From IMG/VR virus record IMGVR_UViG_3300012953_000047, positions 1-49,064 of that record: a stretch of DNA of 49,064 nucleotides, one strand, 5' to 3'. A model generated the notes under the pieces. The model was not told the DNA's origin. It did not search any database and worked only from the letters and a program-made list of their open reading frames with translations. The stretch is from a virus (lineage: Duplodnaviria > Caudoviricetes). Made by a program: the position numbers and the translations under genes. Below, piece by piece: positions 46,979 to 49,064 of the stretch (position 1 is the first letter of the stretch; each line of letters begins with the position of its first letter).

Positions 46979-46979
46979 T

Positions 46980-47153
46980 TCAACATTCCTCCATAGAGAT
47001 TAAATTTGCATCAAACATGTCCTTACCTTCTGAAGGACTTTCATAAAACCTTTCTGCAAGGTCTTGTATCACTTCAAGAGACTCTTCGTGCGAGAGATTC
47101 TCATAGATTCTCTCTCCTGCATAAAGAATATTAAAACGAACCTCAGATGACAC
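46980..47153 (-). CDS. Hypothetical protein (~57 aa)
   Basis: Likely GTG start at 47153 (SSEVRFNILYAGERIYENLSHEE..), overlapping the end of the upstream gene. Confidence 0.65.
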   Translation of the reverse strand: MSSEVRFNILYAGERIYENLSHEESLEVIQDLAERFYESPSEGKDMFDANLISMEEC

Positions 47154-47913
47154 GAGTTTTCTCGTGACCGACTCTGATACGAGGATCGCACCAGATTTCA
47201 TAGTCTGCATCCTTTGCATCAAGACAGAATGAGACATCCTCACCACACATGTCCTGAACTTCACCAGACTCAAAGACTTGCATCTTTGGAGCAAACCAAG
47301 GGTATTCTAGATTCTCAAAGACTCCGTGCTTAATCAATACCCAACCAAAACCTGTATAATCAACAGTAAAAGGCTTCTTACGCTTACTGATGGATTCGAC
47401 AGTCTCGTGATTCATCACTCCACCATTCTTACGGAAGTCATCTTCTTCCAACCAGTGTGCGACAGAGGTTGTGTGTCCATCTTCAGTGGCATACCAACCA
47501 GCAGTAATCTCACGCTCTGTACCATCTTCACTCAGAGATAGATCACAGAGCTGCCAGAACTTGGTCGTATCAAAAACAATATCACTGTCAATCCATAACT
47601 GATAATCATATGTCAGTTTACCATCCCATGGTACTTGCTTTGATCCACGAAGAACATTTGCACCTAATACCTTACAACGTGCAAAGTTAACCATTGATGA
47701 GTAATCCTGACTGATCTGAATACTCATACCATTCTGTACCATATCAAAGCACAGTTGTACAAAATTCTTTAGAAAGGTATATGAACATCCACGACCAGGA
47801 AGACAGAATACAATTGCCTTACCGCGCATCCGCTCCTTGATTGCATCAATATCCCATTCAGGGCCTTTCGGTTGTTTTGGTGCAACAGTCTTTACTTTAA
47901 ATCCTTTAGCCAT
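47143..47913 (-). CDS. GT-A fold glycosyltransferase-like protein
   Basis: IVFCLPG, VNFARC, YQLWIDSDIVF (DxD), VDYTGFGWVLIK..VFE, GEDVSFC, IWCDP.IRVGH. Confidence 0.75.
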   Translation of the reverse strand: MAKGFKVKTVAPKQPKGPEWDIDAIKERMRGKAIVFCLPGRGCSYTFLKNFVQLCFDMVQNGMSIQISQDYSSMVNFARCKVLGANVLRGSKQVPWDGKLTYDYQLWIDSDIVFDTTKFWQLCDLSLSEDGTEREITAGWYATEDGHTTSVAHWLEEDDFRKNGGVMNHETVESISKRKKPFTVDYTGFGWVLIKHGVFENLEYPWFAPKMQVFESGEVQDMCGEDVSFCLDAKDADYEIWCDPRIRVGHEKTRVI

Positions 47914-47936
47914 AGTTTTGAATAACCTTCAGTTCA

Positions 47937-47965
47937 ATTCTATCGTAGTATGTAGTCTGTGTCAA
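47937..47965 (-). promoter_or_regulatory. Sigma70-type early promoter
   Basis: TTGACA-17 bp-TAGAAT upstream of the glycosyltransferase-like gene. Confidence 0.85.
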
Positions 47966-47976
47966 TGTGGTCGGCA

Positions 47977-48168
47977 TCAGTATGAATGTTCTTCAGAAGC
48001 ATACTCTGGGCGACTTACCTCCTCATATGACAAATCCTCAAGAGTATAGTCGGTATGTAATAAACCAACCATTCCCTTGAGGGCTTCCCATGTATGATGA
48101 AACTGGGATTCACTCAGATTATTGTATAGACACTCATCCTTTGCATAGATGTGATATATCTTAGTCAT
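47977..48168 (-). CDS. Hypothetical protein (63 aa)
   Basis: Strong SD AAGGAGG; KIYHIYAKDECLYNNL. Confidence 0.8.
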   Translation of the reverse strand: MTKIYHIYAKDECLYNNLSESQFHHTWEALKGMVGLLHTDYTLEDLSYEEVSRPEYASEEHSY

Positions 48169-48247
48169 AGCCTCCTTTGTCTTGTTACAGTATCTAGAAA
48201 AAACCTATAGAGGGCGTTTTTGGCCCCCGAAATTTTTTCTTAGAATC

Positions 48248-48352
48248 TCAACTCTTTTTGCCTTTACGCCTACAGTTTGCTGCTGCTTGCTTTGCAGTTT
48301 TTGCAGGACCAGAACGCTTGTCACGCTTACCAGACTTCGTGGTTTTGTACAT
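48248..48352 (-). CDS. Very small basic protein (34 aa)
   Basis: Manual translation MYKTTKSGKRDKRSGPAKTAKQAAANCRRKGKKS; no obvious SD. Confidence 0.5.
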   Translation of the reverse strand: MYKTTKSGKRDKRSGPAKTAKQAAANCRRKGKKS

Positions 48353-48364
48353 AATAAAAATCTC

Positions 48365-48488
48365 AGGAATTTTTTTGAATAAAGTGAAATAGAGGTCGCG
48401 TTTTGTCACCTCTGTAGGTTAGGGTAGTTAAGCGTTTTTATCACGCCGCGCGGCATAACAACAACGAACCGCGCCATAACTGTGTTTA
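48365..48488 (-). other. Structured non-coding region (candidate ncRNA/leader or origin)
   Basis: Several GC-rich inverted and direct repeats downstream of a strong promoter; no credible ORF. Confidence 0.45.
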
Positions 48489-48494
48489 ACCTAT

Positions 48495-48523
48495 ATCATA
48501 TCACGGAGGATAACTGATGTCAA
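48495..48523 (-). promoter_or_regulatory. Sigma70-type early promoter with extended -10
   Basis: TTGACA-17 bp-TATGAT, preceded by TGn. Confidence 0.85.
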
Positions 48524-48541
48524 CCCCCGTGACAGTAAGTC

Positions 48542-48799
48542 TCAAAGTTCTGCAAACATTTCATCCAGTTCAACAACATTAACTGCAGGGTCATTCCACT
48601 TAACACCATCACCAGTTGTAGCATCATTCATTGAACATGCTTCGAGGCAATCTACAAAGGTCTGATAATCCTTTGATTCCCGTGCTAAGTGATAAAGACC
48701 CTCCTCATTGCTGATCCAGAGTGCAACATTCCAGGTCTCATAATTTGCCCAACCGTTGTAGGTTGTGTCTGTGAGATTGGTCTGGAAAGTGGTGGTCAT
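48542..48799 (-). CDS. Conserved hypothetical early protein (~85 aa)
   Basis: YNGWANYETWNVALWI.N.E.LY; start chosen at ATG 48799 (alternative 48814). Confidence 0.8.
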   Translation of the reverse strand: MTTTFQTNLTDTTYNGWANYETWNVALWISNEEGLYHLARESKDYQTFVDCLEACSMNDATTGDGVKWNDPAVNVVELDEMFAEL

Positions 48800-48817
48800 A
48801 GAGTTTTGAATCATGCT

Positions 48818-48848
48818 TACACTAGAGGGACACTTTGTGGGGCCGGCT
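48818..48848 (-). repeat. 31-bp intergenic repeat, copy 1 (putative early promoter element)
   Basis: AGCCGGCCCCACAAAGTGTCCCTCTAGTGTA; 27/31 identical to copy 2. Confidence 0.8.
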
Positions 48849-48874
48849 TATGTCACCAACCCCATGAGTGAATA

Positions 48875-48979
48875 TCAGTCTGCCTGTTGAATCTCCTCAG
48901 CAAAACTGTCAATCAGTGCCAGGAGTTCGTTACCATTAGCGGCACGATTCATCAGGGACAGCATCAGTTCAGTGGTCAT
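48875..48979 (-). CDS. Small hypothetical protein (34 aa)
   Basis: Manual translation MTTELMLSLMNRAANGNELLALIDSFAEEIQQAD between the two repeat copies. Confidence 0.65.
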   Translation of the reverse strand: MTTELMLSLMNRAANGNELLALIDSFAEEIQQAD

Positions 48980-49000
48980 AGTCTGTGTGTGATTGGTATC

Positions 49001-49031
49001 TACACTAGAGAGACACTTTAATGGGCCGGCT
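49001..49031 (-). repeat. 31-bp intergenic repeat, copy 2
   Basis: AGCCGGCCCATTAAAGTGTCTCTCTAGTGTA. Confidence 0.8.
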
Positions 49032-49032
49032 G

Positions 49033-49064
49033 TTACCACTGCTCAGGAACTTGCAGATCTTCGA
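49033..49064 (-). CDS. 3' end of a gene entering from outside the window
   Basis: ...EDLQVPEQW-stop immediately before repeat copy 2. Confidence 0.4.
   Translation of the reverse strand, partial: EDLQVPEQW

Noticed and set aside
47154-47294. N-terminal extension of ORF 46980..47294
   Set aside because: Overlaps the glycosyltransferase-like gene extensively; the GTG at 47153 fits better
48182-48382. 66-aa plus-strand ORF and other short plus-strand ORFs in the track
   Set aside because: All promoters and SD signals point to the minus strand; these ORFs overlap better-supported genes
48415-48430. Telomere-like TTAGGG / G-quadruplex
   Set aside because: Single copy with too few G-runs; treated only as part of the structured non-coding element
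48818-49031. 31-bp repeats as a CRISPR array
   Set aside because: Only two imperfect copies with a 152-bp gene-containing spacer; no cas genes

Overview
This is a 49-kb segment of a T4-like myovirus. Gene order and protein architecture point to a marine cyanomyovirus (Kyanoviridae-like); the host is inferred, not shown. All credible genes lie on the minus strand. Reading right to left, the window starts with the end of an early region: short ORFs behind a repeated 31-bp element and sigma70-type promoters, a structured non-coding leader and a glycosyltransferase-like gene. The late virion module follows: g25, g6, a 4541-aa g7-like wedge protein, g8, a 2643-aa DUF4815/VrlC-like protein, g13, g14, g15, g16, two accessory structural genes, g17, g18, g19, g20, g67-like, g21 (frameshifted near its 3' end), g22 and g23. 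About 14 T4-type late promoters (nTAAATA) punctuate it. No tRNA, rRNA, CRISPR array, intron or intein was seen. The top lead is a candidate ~47-nt phage sRNA launched from a sigma70 promoter built into the end of g23; its free 5' arm is complementary to the conserved cyanobacterial Yfr1 motif, so it may act as a sponge. Other leads are a pervasive G-[IVL]-[GAST]-T motif in outer tail, neck and baseplate proteins, a modular head polyprotein with gp21-like cleavage sites, and a protamine-like Arg tract.
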